In this document: in pieces, positions 38,579-53,728 of the stretch
How positions within the stretch are numbered: the stretch's first letter is position 1
Layout: the number at the start of each line of letters is the position of its first letter
Assembly (NCBI RefSeq): GCF_009914755.1
Contig: NC_060938.1
Reading direction: 5' to 3' (one strand)
Source: the human T2T-CHM13v2.0 reference genome, Homo sapiens
Length of the DNA: 64,000 nt
Made by a program: the position numbers and the translations under genes
The notes under the pieces: model-generated
Database searches by the model: none
What the model saw: only the letters and a program-made list of their open reading frames with translations
What the model was told of the DNA's origin: nothing

Positions 38579-41500
38579 TAATTGTAGTAGAGATAATTTT
38601 CAATTAATTTAAATCTTGTGGTCACTATTTGGGCAAGGTTGTAGATTAGTGTCTCAGGCTTACAGAAGTATAGTCATGTAATGTTTAAAATTTATGAGGA
38701 TTAATAGAATTCATGAATTATTTTTGTTTAATTCATGAATGAAAACTTTCTAGTAATTTCCTTTCTTCTGCTGGATTTTGGTTTGGTTTGTTCTTGTTTC
38801 TCTAGTTCCTTGAGGTGTAACCTTAGAATGTCTGTGCTTTCAGTCTTTTTGATGTAGGTGTTTAGGGCTATGAACTTTACTCTTAGCACTGCTTTTGCTG
38901 GATCCCAGAGGTTGTGACAGGTTGTGTCATTATTGTCATTCAGTTCAAAGAATTTTCTAATTTCTATCTTGATTTCTTTTTTGACCCAACGCTCATTCAG
39001 GAGCAGGTTACTTGATGCCTATGTATTTGCATGGGTCTGGAGCCTCCTTATAGAGTTGATTTCCAGTTTTATTCCACTGTGGTCTGAGAGAGTGCTTGAT
39101 ATAATTTCAATTTTCTTAAATTTATTGAAGCTTGTTTTATGGCCTATCATATGGTATATCTTGGAGAAAGTTCCATGAGCTGTTGAATGGAATATTCTGT
39201 ATGTATCTGTTAGGTCAATTTGTTCCAAGGCATAGTTTAAATCCATTGTTTCTTTGTTGGCTTTCTGTCTTGATGACCTGTCTAGTGCTGTCAGTGGAGT
39301 ATTGAAGTCCCCCAGTATTATTGTGTTGCTGTCTGTCTCATTTCTGGGGTCTATTAGTAATTGTTTGATAAATTTGGGAGCTCCAGTGTTAGATGCATAT
39401 ATGTTAAGGATTGTGATATTTTCCTGTTGGACAAGGCCTTTTACCAGTATATAATGTCCCTCTTTGTCTCTTTTAACTACTGTTGCTTTAAAATTTGTCT
39501 CATCTGATATAAGAATAGCTACCCCTGCTTGTTTTTGGTGTCCATTTGCATGAAATGCCTTTTTCCACCCCTTTAAGTTTATGTGAGTCCTTATGTGTTA
39601 GGTGAGTCTACTGAAGGCAGCAGAACAGAACTAAATGAAATGGAAACAAAAAATAAATACAAAAGATAAATTAAACAAAAGCTGGTTCTTTGAAAAGATA
39701 AATAAAATTGATAGACCATTAATAAAACTAACCAAGAAAAGAAGAGACAAAATCCAAATAACCTTACTAAGAAATGAAACAAGAGATATTACAACTGACA
39801 TCACTGGAATACAAAAAATCATTCAAGGCTACTATAAACACCTTTATGCACATAAACTAGAAAACCTATAAGAGATGGATAAATTCCTGGAAAAATACAA
39901 CCCACTTAGCTTAAATCAGGAAGAATTAGATATCCTGACAGACCAATTATAAGTAGTGAGACTGAAGTAATAATTTAAGAATAACCAACAAAAAGAAGTC
40001 CAGGACTAGATGGATTCACAGCAGAATTCTGCCAGATAGTCAAAGAAGAATTGGTACCAACTGGTACCAAAAGAATAAGTGTCCTTTTGACACTTCCACA
40101 AGATAGAGAAAGAAAGAACTCTCCCTAATTCATTTTATGAAGCCAGCATCACCCTAATACCCAAATCAGGAGAGGACACAATCCACCCCCCCATAAAAAA
40201 GCTACAGTCCGATATCCTTGATGAACACTGATGCTAAAATTCTTAACAAAATACTAGCTAACTGAAACCAACAACATATCAAAATGTAATCCATCATGAT
40301 CAAGTGTGTTTCATACCAGGGATGCAGCGATGGTTTAACATATGCAAGTCAATAAATGTAATGCACTGCATAAACTGAATTTTTTAAAAAGATGATCATC
40401 TCAATAGATGCAGAAAAGGCATTCAACAAAATCTAGCATCTTTTATGATTAAAACTCTCAGCAAAATTGGCATACAAGGGACACACCTTAATGTAGTAAA
40501 AGCCATCTATGGCAAACCCACAGCCAACATAATGCTGAATGGGGAAAAATTGAAAGCATTCCCTCTGAGAACTGGAACAAGACAAGGATGCTGACTCTCA
40601 CCACTCCTCTTCAACATAGTACTGAAACTCCTAGCCAGAGCAGTCAGACAAGAGAAATAAATAAAGGACATCCAAATCAGTAAAGAGGAAGTCAAACTGT
40701 CACTGTTTCCTGACAATATTATCATTTACCTTGAAAACTCTGAGGACTCCTCCAGAAAGTTCCAGAACTGATGAATTCAGCAAAGTTTCCAGATACAAGA
40801 TTAATGTACACAAATCAGTAGTTTTTCTATACACCAACAGCATCCAAATAGAGAATCAAATTAAGAACTCAACTCCTTTTACAATAGCTGCAAAAAAATT
40901 GAAATACTTAGGAATATACTTAACCAAGGAGTTGAAAGACTTCTACAAGGACAACTATAAAACACTGCTGAAAGGAATCATAGACGACACAAACAAATGG
41001 AAACACAACCCAGGCTCATGAATGGGTAGAATCAATATTGTGAAAATGACCATACTTCCAAAAGAAATCTACAAATTCAACGGAATCCCCATCAAAATAC
41101 CACCATCATTCTTCAGAGAATTAGAAAAAACAATTCTAAAATTCATATGAGACCAAAAAAGAGCCTGTACAGCCAAAGCAAGACTAAGCAAAAAGAACAA
41201 ATCTGGAGGAAACAAATCTGATTTATAACTATACTCTAAGGCCAGAGTCACCAAAACAGCATGGTACTGGTATAAACATAGGCATATAGACCAATAAAAC
41301 AGAATAGAGAACCCAGAAATAAACCCAAGTATTTACAGACAACTGATATCCGACAAAACAAACAAAAACATAAAGTGGGAAAAGGACACCCTTTTCAACA
41401 AATGGTGCTGGGATGATTGGCAAGCCACACGTAGGAGAATGAAACTGAATCCTCATCTTTCACATTATAAAAAAATAAACTCAAGATGGACTAAGGACTT

Positions 41501-41879
41501 AAACCTAAGACTTGAAACTATAAAACTTCTAGAAGATAATATTGGAAAAACCTTTCTAGACATTGGCTTAGTCAAGGATTTCATGACGAAGAACTCAAAA
41601 GCAAATGTAATAAAAACAAAGATAAATAGCTGGGACCTAATTAAAGTGCTTTTTCACAGCAAAAGAAACAGCAGAGTAAACGGACAACTCACAGAGTGAG
41701 AGAAAATCTTCACAATCTGTACATCTGACAAAGGACTAATACCCAGAATCTACAACAAACTCAAATTAGTATGCAAAAAACAATCTCATCAAAAAGTGGG
41801 CTAAGGACATGATAGACAATTCTCAAAAGAAGATAGACAAATGGCCAACAAACATATGAAAATATGCTCAACATCTCTA

Positions 41880-42263
<384 letters not shown>

Positions 42264-42451
42264 CTAAAACAACTAAAAGTAGAGCTACCATTTTATCCAG
42301 TAATCCCACTACTGGGTATGTACCCAGAGGAGAAGAAGTCATTATTCAAAAAAGATGCTTGCACACACATGTTTATAGCGGCACAATTCACAATAGCAAA
42401 ATGGTGGAACTAACCCAAATGCCCATCAATCAATGAGTGGATAAAGAAACT

Positions 42452-42453
42452 GA

Positions 42454-42484
<31 letters not shown>

Positions 42485-42600
42485 ATGATGTGATATATAT
42501 ATGTATATGATATATATATGTATATGATGTGATATATATATGATGTGAGAGATATATATATGATGTGAGAGATATATATATATGTGATATATATATATAT
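42452..42600. repeat. (TA)n-derived repeat with TATATGATGTGA units inside the L1
   Basis: Visible directly in the sequence. Confidence 0.9.
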
Positions 42601-43737
42601 GATGGAATACTGTGAAGCCATAAAAAGGAATGAATTAACATCATTTGCAGTGACCTGGATAAGATTGGAGACTATTATTCTAACTGAAGTAACCCAGGAA
42701 TGGAAAACTCAAATATCATATGCTCTCACTGATATGTGGGAGCTAAGCTATGTGGATGCAAAGGCATAAGAATGACACAATGGTCACTGGGGACTTGGGG
42801 GGAAGGGTGGGAGGAAGGCAAGGGATAAAAGACGGCAAATAGGGTGCGAAGTATACTGCTCAGGTGATGGGTGCAACAAAATCTCACAAATCACCACTAA
42901 AGAACTTACTCATGTAACCAAACACCACCTGTACCCCAGTAATTTATAGAAAAATAAAAATGAAATAAATAAAAGTAACTTTCTAGTGCATTATTTATAA
43001 CTTTTTATTGAAATTCTGTGAAGACTGATACATATATAGACCAAATACAAATGAAACTCCTTTCTGAATGTCTGCCTTTAAAACATAAAAATATATTGCA
43101 TCTGAGTCCATGAGTGTAAACATAACATAGGGAAGTAGTATACTGCACAACATTTTAAGAATAATCTTGTTGTCTACTTGAAATTATGTCACAATATGTA
43201 ATTCTTATTTATATTTATATATAATAAGTTATCAACATATGATAATTCAATGTTTTGAATTATTTCAAAATGTAGAAACATATATTGTTTTCCAAAGATT
43301 TTAGCTATACTTATATTAAATTTTGTTATACTGATAACATCTTTCAATGTATTAGCCTACATTTATTCTTTGGCTTTGCTTTATAAAAAATAATTTTTAG
43401 TCCAAAATGTATTTTTTTCTTATAAACATGTTTGATTTAATGATTTTGAATAACTACTGTGGTTTCTAAATTAAAAAATCTATTTACTAAAGTACGATTT
43501 TTCTAAATGCCATCAAGGAGGAATTGCTTAGGCACCCATAAAAACATTCTGAAAATTTGTGGTCAGAGGAGTTCTTGATCAAGGATGGTTAATTCTGAAA
43601 GAGTGTTATTTAGCATTAAGTTTGTTTACAAGTGATATAAAGTCCACAGGTAATAGTGACAATCAGTATGGAAACTTATTTTTCCCTTGTTTAAAAGTAC
43701 AGCTATATTGCTCAAGACTAGTATGGTGAGTTCGTGA

Positions 43738-44143
43738 TTGTCTCCCTGCCTTTTGCTGCTACAAAAAAAATACCACAGACTAGGTAATTTATAAACAAGA
43801 GAAATTTATTTCTTAACAATTCTGGAGCCTGGGAAGTTCGACATAAAAATACCAGCAGGTTCAGTGTCTGGTGAGGATGGCTCTCTGCTTTCAAGATGGT
43901 GCCTTGCTGCTTTTCCTTCAAAGAGGATAAGCTATGTGCTCACATGGTGTAAGAGACCATTTCCCCCTTAAGCCTTTTTTAAACAAATTTCCCCCTTAAG
44001 CCTTTTTTAAAAGCACTAATTCATGCATGAAGGCAGAAATCTCATGACCTAATCACAGCCTAAAGGCTGCATCTCTTAATACCTTTAAATTGGCAATTAA
44101 ATTTCAACATGAATTTTGGAGGGGATATATTCAAACCATGGCA
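43738..44143 (-). mobile_element. MST-like (MSTC/D) MaLR solo LTR
   Basis: 'aataccacagactaggtaatttataaacaagagaaatttatttct' ... 'ttcaacatgaattttggagggg..ttcaaaccatggca'. Confidence 0.8.
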
Positions 44144-45024
44144 ATGATCATCAGACACCAAGGCTGCTACTCTCTCATACCACAGATTTCTTTACTTTAA
44201 GGAAATGTTCTGGATTAACACGTATCACTTCACTTGTATTACTTTAGCTAGAATGCATGCACATGGATACATCTTGCTGTAAGGGAGTGTTGGCACTGTA
44301 ATCGTAACTCTCTTTGGCATGTGCCAGGCAAAAATTTGGAAGTTTTCTTTTATTGTAAAGGAGAAGGACAGTAATGAGTGTGGAATAATGATCAGAGACT
44401 TAGAAACTTCAGCTGGTCTGACTTTTTTGCTACTGGTGTCTTTAAGACTCAGTAATACATCAGTGAAAGGTAATTTTGCTTGTCATAAATCAGTAGATTC
44501 TGTCAAGGTCAGTTTGCCTATGTTGTTGGCAGGGAACCTTTGTCAGATGGTGTCTGATATATCTGAAATATCTGAAATAGTACCTAGCTTACAACAATTT
44601 AATTGAATGGAATATAATTACTTATATCAATGTTGAGAATAAATATTAGAACTTTTTCTTTTTCCTTGAAAAGTATAGATTTTTTTCAAAGTCAGAATTC
44701 AGTATAACATTAAGATATTTGCCATTTCTATATCTAGATAACTTTGTAGGTTGAGTTAGTATGCAGAGGACAACAGTCACTCTTTGAGATTCTGCATTTA
44801 TCTCTTGCTCATTTGTGAACATCAGGCTCCTCTGTCCTGAAGTCAGAGGCTCTTACACTGAGGTGACATCAAGATATTATACTAAGTCAGAGAAAGGCAC
44901 AGACATGAGAGAACCTACAGGCCCTTTCTCAGATGGAAGTATGATCTTGTTTTGAAAAATAAAGTTGATTGGTCACAGAATTTATGATTAGATGATGATA
45001 AATCTGTTGTAAAAAGTAAGATTT

Positions 45025-47455
45025 TCTGTTTTCTATCTGTTGCTGTACAATAAATTAACCCCAAAACTTAGCAAACTAAAACAAATAAAAAATTACTGTC
45101 TCACAGTTTTTGTGGGTCAGGAATCAGGGAGCCACTTAGCTGGGTGGTTCTGGCTCATAGTCTTTCATGAGATTGTGGTGAAGCTATTGGCTGGGACTGC
45201 AGCCTCTGAAGAGTTGTCTGTTGCTGGATGTTCTGTGTCCAAGCTCACTCACCTGGTTGTTGGCTGAGGATTACAGTTCTTTGCCAAGTGAGTTTCTCCA
45301 AATGGCTGCCTGTGTCATGGTTTCCCTTAGAAAAAGAGATGAGAAACAGAGAAGAGAGAGAAAGAGGAAAAAGAAGAAGAAGAAGCCAGAAGCCAGAATC
45401 TTTATAACCTAATTTAAAAAGTGAACATAAATTATTTCTGTTGAAAAAATACCTAGGAGTACAGCCAACAAGGGAGGAGAAAGATTGCTACAAGGAAAAC
45501 TACAAAACACTGCTCAAAGGAATCAGAGATGACACCAATAAATGAAAAAAAAGCATGATCATAGACAGGAAGAATCAATATCATTAAAATTATTATACAG
45601 TTTAGAGCAAGTTATAGAGCCAATGTTATTCCCATTAAATTACCATTGATATTATGTACAGAATAACAAAAACTATTTTAAAATTCATATGGAATCAAAA
45701 AAGAACATGAATAGCCAAGGCAATTCTAAGCACAGAGAACAAAGCTGGAGGCATCATGCTACCCAACTTCAACCTATGCTACAAGGATATAGTAACTAAA
45801 ACAGGATGATACTGGTACAAAAACAGACATGTACACCAGTGGGACAGAATAGATAGCCTAGAAGCCTAGAAATAAGGCTGCAAATCTACCGGTATCTCAT
45901 CTTTGACAAAGCTGACAATAGCAAGCAATGGGGAAAGGACTCCCTATTTAATGAATGGTGCTGAGATAACTGGCTAGCCATATGCAGAAAATTGAAACTA
46001 AATCCTTCCTTTATACCATCTACAAAAATGAACTTAGGATGGTTTAAAGACTTAAATGTAAAACCCAAAGCTATAAAACCTCTGAAAGACAACCCATACC
46101 ATAGCATTCTGGGCATAGAAATGGGTAAAGACTTCATGACAAAGACACCAAAAGCAATTGCAATGAAAGCAAAAAATGACAAATGAGAACTAATTAAACT
46201 AAAGAGCTTTTGCACAGCAACGGAAACTATCAACAGAGTAAACATTTGACCCAGAAATCCCATTACTGGGTATACCCAGAGGAGTTTTTCATATAGAATG
46301 ATACAAAATGTTTGCAAACTATGCATCTGACAAATATATCTAGCATCTATAAGGAAATTAAACAAATTTACAAGAAAAAAATGAACAACCCCATTAAAAA
46401 GTGGGCAAAGGGCATGAACAGACACTTTTCAAAAGAAGACATACATCTGGCCAACCAGCATATGAAATAAAAAAAGCTCAATATCACTGATTATTAGAGA
46501 AATGTAAATGAAGACCACAATGAGAACCATCTCACCACAGTCAGATGGCTACTGTTAAAAAGTCAAAAAATAACATATGCTGGAAAGGTTTTGGAGTAAA
46601 GGTAGCACTTGTACACTGTTGGTGGGAGTATAAATTAGTTCAACCATTATGGAAGACAGTGTGGTGATTCCTCAAAAACCTAAAAGCAGAAATACCAGTT
46701 GACCCAACAATCCCATTACTGGGTATGTACTCAGAGGAATATAAATTATTCTGTCATAAAGACACATGCGCATGTATGTTCATTGTAGCAATATCCACAA
46801 TAGCAAAGACATGCTATCAAACTAAATCCCATCAATGATAGACTAAATAAAGAAAATGTACATATGCACTATGGAATACTATGCAGCTACTTAAAAAAAA
46901 TGACATTATGTCCTTTGCAGGGACAGACTAAATAAAGAAAATGTACATATGCACTATGGAATACTATGCAGCTACTTAAAAAAAATGACATTATGTCCTT
47001 TGCAGGGACGCGGATGGATCTGGAGGCCATTATCATTAGAAAACTAACTCAGGAACAGAAAACCAAATACCACATGTTCTCACATTTAAGCAGAAGCTAG
47101 ATGATGAGAACACATTAACACAAAGAAGGGAACAACATACAGTGGAGGGTATAAGAAAGTGGAGGTTGGGAGGAGGAAGAGGATCAGGAAAAGTAACTAA
47201 TGTGTAGTAGGCTTAATAGCTGGGTAACTAAATAATCTGTATAACAACCCCCCATGACACAAGTTTAGCTATATAACAAACATGCACATGTACCCCTGAA
47301 CTTAAAATAAAAGTCCTGTTTTAAAAAATCACTTCTGTTGTATTGTTGTGTGCAATTGGACACACAGACCAAACCTAATACAACATGACAGAGAACCACA
47401 GAACAGTGTGAATACCATGGGGGGAAATTGTAGACCATTTTGGAGTCTGACTACT
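45025..47455 (-). mobile_element. MLT1F/G-like solo LTR split by an L1 (45025-45443 and 47326-47455)
   Basis: 'tctcacagtttttgtgggtcaggaatcagggagccacttagctgggtggttctggctca' on the left; 'gtgtgaatacca...ccattttggagtctgactac' on the right. Confidence 0.75.
45444..47325 (+). mobile_element. 5'-truncated L1PA15/16-like LINE-1
   Basis: ORF2 C-terminal remnants; 3'UTR 'aggatcaggaaaagtaactaatg...tgcacatgtacccctgaacttaaaataaaag'; degenerate TSD aaattatttctgttg/aaatcacttctgttg. Confidence 0.9.
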
Positions 47456-47494
47456 GTATGTATGTATGTATGTATGTATGTATGTATGTATGTA
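47455..47494. repeat. (TATG)n tetranucleotide microsatellite
   Basis: Visible directly in the sequence. Confidence 0.95.
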
Positions 47495-47799
47495 GCATTT
47501 AGCACTGCTTCACTGTAAAAACTGAATCAAAATGGTTACTGTTATTATTATTATTACTACATAAAACAATCCATGGTTTTATTATGATTATTTGCCAGAT
47601 CAGGAAAGTGAAGGCCAGAGGTTTTATGATTCACTTGTGGTCACAATGTTAGTAAGCATTAGTTAATGATAAAGTCTAGCTTTTCAAAATTCCAGATCCC
47701 ATGATTTTTCTACCAATAACCAATACAAGATAAAAACTACACTCATCTCTAGCATGTGTATGAATTAGTGTTTATATGTGTGTACACATTCAATACATC

Positions 47800-48590
47800 A
47801 AAAAATGAATTCCCAATCTGCTCCCTGCTCTAAGCCTATTCCTCTAGCTGTCTTAAATTAATGGCAATTTCCCACTTACTTTCTCAAACCAAAATTTGCA
47901 GTCAGTCTTTCATCACTCTACATATACTCTATGAGCGAATCTCAGCTGGACATTTCAGTCACTTCCATTTTGCTTGTTAGCCCAAACTCCTCCTGGTCCA
48001 ACATACCATCATCATTCACTTAGATAATTGCAATAGCCCCCTTCAGTGTATTCTCCATGAAACAGCCACAAAAACCCTGTTAAATATCACCTCATGCTAT
48101 TTGCCTACGCATGTATTTCTAATAATTTCCATGCCATTCCCAGTTAAAGTCAGAGGCATTTCATGGCCCAGACATTGTGGTGCTGCTTTACCTTTCTAAT
48201 GAGTCTCTTAGATTTCTTCCCATCATTCACTGTATTTCCTATGTTTCTTTCTTTCATTAATGCCACATTCACCTCATTTGTTGAACTTCTACCAATTTTT
48301 CAAACACTCAAGTCCATCTTACTGGACATGTTTACCCCTGCCTGGTGCCCTGTTATCTGAAAATTTTATTATTCAGGAGTTTATTCAACTACAAATTCTT
48401 AGTAAGATGTTTCCTAACCATCCTGTTTAAATTTTATGCCCTCCCCTACCCAGAACTCCCTATCCTTTCCCTAGTTTAGCTTTTCCTCAGTAATTAGCAA
48501 AATCCAATATATCATATGTTTTACTTCTTTTTTTCTAATGTGTATGTGTGTTTTGTTTTTCCTGTGTTCTCTTAATCATAATGTAGTTAC
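47800..48590 (+). mobile_element. L2 fragment
   Basis: L2 motifs 'taatggcaatttc..ctcaaaccaaaa', 'cctggtccaacataccatcatc..ttgcaatagc'. Confidence 0.65.
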
Positions 48591-48989
48591 ATTTGACCAT
48601 AAACGCCATAAGGCCAGGATGCTTATATGTTGAGATCAGAAAAAATACAGTTAAGAAAAACCTACTAACAAGGAAAGAGAGACACTATACAATAGTTAAA
48701 GAAATCAAACATAAATTATCACAATCATAAATTGGTGTGTATTAAGCAGTGTAGCTCATGACTATATCAAGACCAATGACAGAATTACAAAGTGAAAAAT
48801 TTAAATTGACATTTATGGCAAGAATTTTTAATTAACATATTAGTAAACAACACCAATGATGATATGAAAATACAGACCAATGCAGTTAACAAGACTGATC
48901 TCATGATACTTGTAGAATCTCATAAACTGCCCTATTAAGTGGAAAGAAGATATATTCTTCTCAAGTTAGCTTGGAATGTTTACAAAATT

Positions 48990-49535
48990 TAGTAAATACC
49001 TACCATCTGACCCAGAAATGCCATTCTTAGGTTATTTGCCCAAAATAAATTAAAGCATATTTCCATACAAAAACTTGTACTCAAATATTTATGGGAGCTT
49101 TATTACTAATCACTCAAAACTGAAAACCACCCAAGGTTCACAAGCACGTAACTGCATCAACAGATTTTGTCATATTCATACAGTGCAATTATATTCAGTA
49201 ATGAAAAAGAATGGATTATTACTGTACTCATTCATATGAATAGCTTTGAAAGCACAGTAAGTGAAAGAAGGTGGTTGCAAAAGACTAATAACAGTATTAT
49301 TTCATTTATGTGAAATGCTAGAAAAGTCAAAGCTATGGTGACAGAGGTAGACGGGTGGTTGCCCAGGTCCAGGGAAGGCAATCAACTGCAAAGATTTGCA
49401 GGAAAAATTTTGATGTGATGGGAATGTTCTATATGTTGATTATGATGATGGTTTCTCAATTATATTTTGCAATAATAATTAAAATAGGCAATTAAAATGG
49501 TGAATCTTATTTTCTGTAAATGTACCTCATACATT
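48990..49535 (+). mobile_element. Old L1M (MB/MC-like) 3' fragment
   Basis: 'taccatctgacccagaaatgccattcttagg...catacaaaaacttgtac' and 3'UTR 'gtgatgggaatgttctatatgttgat'. Confidence 0.7.
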
Positions 49536-50557
49536 TGTTTGATTAAAACAAACTCAAAATGTAACCAAAGAGTCCACAAACCAAAAATAAAAACAACCCC
49601 CTAAATTTGCATAACTATATTATTGAAATCAACTTAACCATAAAAGGTATTTTACAGTTTTCCCAAATTTTTAGTAGTTTTATGTAATAATCTTACAATA
49701 GGTGAAGATAACAAGACAACAGATAATAAAGTAAAACTCTAATTGATATCCAAGATTTAAAAAGTTGCTAAGTTTTTCCTCAGGAAGTGAATTTGCGTCA
49801 TTCTCTATTAAACATTAACTTTGCCAATTTTGTTCCAACAATCAAGTCTTTAGAGAGTATTTTATAACACAATAGAAAAGATCAATATTAAAACGATAAA
49901 AGAAATGAAGAAAGTGAATAGATCACCAACCAAGTATGAAGAACCCAAAACTTGACTCTTAGAAAGTGACAGCTTAACACAGAAAAAAAAGTGGAAGAAT
50001 CTTCCTGTTGAACTATTCAGACAGCTGAAGAGACAAAGAAACAACCAGTGAATCCTTTACTGGGGCAGAGAAACCACTCTGAGGTGCTGATGGAAAAGGA
50101 ACTGTGCTTGTTTTTCAACAATGAACTCCAGCATTAATTACCTTCTCTCACTGTCTCCTTATGGGGACCCAAACTCAGCCTGAATTAGATGCTTCCTCCA
50201 CCCATAGCTATTTGGAATAAACACTCTCACCATTCTGGTGACAAATGTCTTTATAGTTGATTTGTATTCTTAGGGTCTGAACTTACAAACACATAGAAGA
50301 GTTCCTGGAGTTTTCAGTCAGAAAGTAAAATGTATTATGTAGATTGACATAGCATAAATAAAATCTGACAGATAGAAGAGTCCACACTGTTTCAGCATGA
50401 CTCCAAAAAATTTAACTTGAACCAGTGTGGTGAAGTTGGGAGGATTTAGATTTTGCAATTCCAAATGTTAAATATGAACTCATGAATATCTTCAAAGCGT
50501 TTATTTGAGGGAAACTTATTATTTTCATTGATTTTAGAGCAGTGATTCTCAACACTG

Positions 50558-50712
50558 GTTTATATTAAAATCATAAGGTTTTGGCTTTTAATACTAATTC
50601 TGAACTCCATACCAATAGAGGCTGTGACAAGTGATTGAGGTGGAGCTCAAGCATCCATATAGTTGAAGGCGCTCCAAAGTGAGCTCTATGTAGAGTCAGT
50701 GTTAAAAATAGC
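50558..50712. mobile_element. MER5-like hAT-Charlie DNA transposon
   Basis: 'gcagtgattctcaacactgg' start and a degenerate inverted end 'gtgttaaaaatagc'. Confidence 0.55.
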
Positions 50713-52319
50713 GAGTCAGGAGCACAGGTATGTGGTAGGAATTAGTGGCGGTTGAGTCAATATCTGATTGAGATTAGTGTCTGTGTCAAGGTATTTACTG
50801 CACAAACCATAAGAAAAAGGAGGTTTTTAAACAAAATGAATTACGTTTTTGAATTGAAGAAGATATTAGTGTGGAAAACTAATTTTATTTAGAGAGGAAA
50901 AAGAGAACAAACGCCGTGAAAAAAGGCAGTAGTTGAAGTCAGTTTCGATTAATGTAGTAAAGAGAAGGCTGAACACAGAAACCAAATTTGCAAGACTTTT
51001 TAAGATGAGCAATTAGAATTTGATGGCCTTTTGGATGGGATGGAAAGAGCGACATTCAGGTCAGTTGTACATTTGTGTATGAGAGAAAGCTGGACAGAAA
51101 TATCAGGGGGGCTTCAATGCTACTGACATTGATGAATTAAATAATTTTAATTAGTAATTAATAAACATTTTTTGTTTGTTATTTATTTTGTACTCTGATA
51201 TGTAAGTCTTCAAAAATATTCACTTAAATTATTTCCTGTCGTAAATAGTGACTAAATAATGTCACATTTATTTATTTGTTGTTTATATTAAGAATTTTTA
51301 AAGACTGTTTTGGAAGGAAAAGACAGTCTAAACTAATTTCCACAAGACTTCCTTCTGTTTTCTTTTGTTTGTTTAATTTTTGTTACTGTGAGGAGATAAA
51401 GCAGAACAGTGTCTCAGATAAATCTGTGAGACTCTGCCTTAACTCCTTGGCAGAGTAAATTAATAAACCCTGTTGGGTTGAATTCAATCCAATCTCCTTC
51501 AGGTAAATTTATGTCACCCTGATAATTTTATTATGGAATCTCAGAAATGCTTTGCTATAGCAAGAAGCACCCTCTGAGTACAAGCTCACTGTGACCCAGT
51601 ACAACAGATTGAGTCTGATTTACTTGGTTTTTCTTTACCTGTCCACTTCAGAGTGGAGTTTAAACACAGAAATAGCAAGGTTAGTCATATTGGTCCTATT
51701 CTTATCAGAAATTCACCAAAATTCTTAGATTGCTTTAGGTAGTCAGAAAAATGAAACTCAGATTTAGAAATAGTTGTATGTTGCAATAAGATAAGATGAG
51801 TAATGGAATGTTATCAGATGGGTTACACATGACTATAAGCTCAAGGCTACAGTGATTTAATGTAGGTATACCTGAAGAAGAAAGAGAAATGTTCCAAATT
51901 GTTGGATCAATATATATATATATATTTTTATATATAGAAATTGTTTTAAGAAGCTGCCTGTCATTATTTTCTTATTACACGATAATTGTGAATATGTAAT
52001 TTATTCAACCTCTCTTATGATACCTCACAGAGAATGAAATGTTATGAGTTTACAAAACTGTTCTCAAATATTTAGGCAGTACAGTTGTATTACTGCTTTC
52101 GATTTTTAAGGCAATCAAAAATATCCAATTTTTATATCAGAAAAGTATAGCAGAGGAAAAGGATCAGATAACTGAAGCATGTGTTGTGACCATATCTGAA
52201 AAACTGATGTGTTATGACACATTTGCAATCCTAAAATCGTTCCCTTTGGACCTCAGTTACTGACTCCAACAGCGTTAATGTATATAGTGGTTATTTAAAA
52301 AGCATTTGTAAAGACATAA

Positions 52320-52689
52320 TCTACTAGTTTGTTCTCATGCTGCTAATAAAGATATGCCTGAGACTGAGTAATTTATAAGGGAAAGAGGTTTAATGGACTC
52401 ACAGTTCAGCATGGCTGGGGAGGCCTCAGGAAACTTACAATCATGGTGGAAGGGGAAGCAAACATGTGCTTCTCTACATGGCAGCAGTAAGGTGCCAAGC
52501 AAAAGGGGGAAAAGCCCCTTATAAGCCATCAGATCTCATGAGCACTCACTCACTATCATGAGAACAACATGAGGTTACCTGCCTCCATGATTCAATTACT
52601 TCCTACTGGGTTCCTCCCTTGACACGTGGGGATTATGGGAATTAAAATTTAAGATGAGATTTGGGTGGGGACACAGCCAAACCATATCA
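52320..52689 (-). mobile_element. THE1 (THE1C/D-like) solo LTR
   Basis: 'ctggggaggcctcaggaaacttacaatcatgg' ... 'gatttgggtggggacacagccaaaccatatca'; near TSD cataa/gataa. Confidence 0.92.
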
Positions 52690-53330
52690 GATAACAAACA
52701 ATAATTCCAATCAATTTTTCTCTTACAGAAACAAGTTTTGAGTGTAAATAGTTTCTTTTTTATATATAAGGAAAGCGATAGAGTTATGGCCCAAGAATAG
52801 ACATGAAAGGCTATAATTTTGTCACATGTTTAATTATAGTAAACAGTCCAATGGTCTGAATTCAGCAATAGAATACTAGGATTCAAAGAGGGTAAATCAT
52901 TATTTATTCAAGATATGATTATTATTTTCTACAGAATGAACATTTTGAAATTGTGAAAATCTGGATCTATGTCTTTATTTTCATTTTTATATCAGATAAA
53001 TATTGTTGTAACTAATAGTAATAAAATTAATTTTAAAATTGCATATTATGTAAGCGAAACATTTTAAAATTTAAAAAAATATTGAAAAGTTAAGTCAGAT
53101 TAGACTCGAATCATCCTTATAAATACACTTAATTGATTAATTAAATCTTTATTGCAACTAATGCCCGTCAATCAAATGAAGAACTGTTTTCTCTGTGATT
53201 AGTTCTCAGTGCTTAAAGGTACTTGACTCAATTCAAAGGAAGTACTTATTATCTCTTCCTCACTGCTTAGATAAATGCCATCTGACTAATGGGTGACTCC
53301 TCCTGATTGACATTTTGTCCATTTCATTAA

Positions 53331-53728
<398 letters not shown>

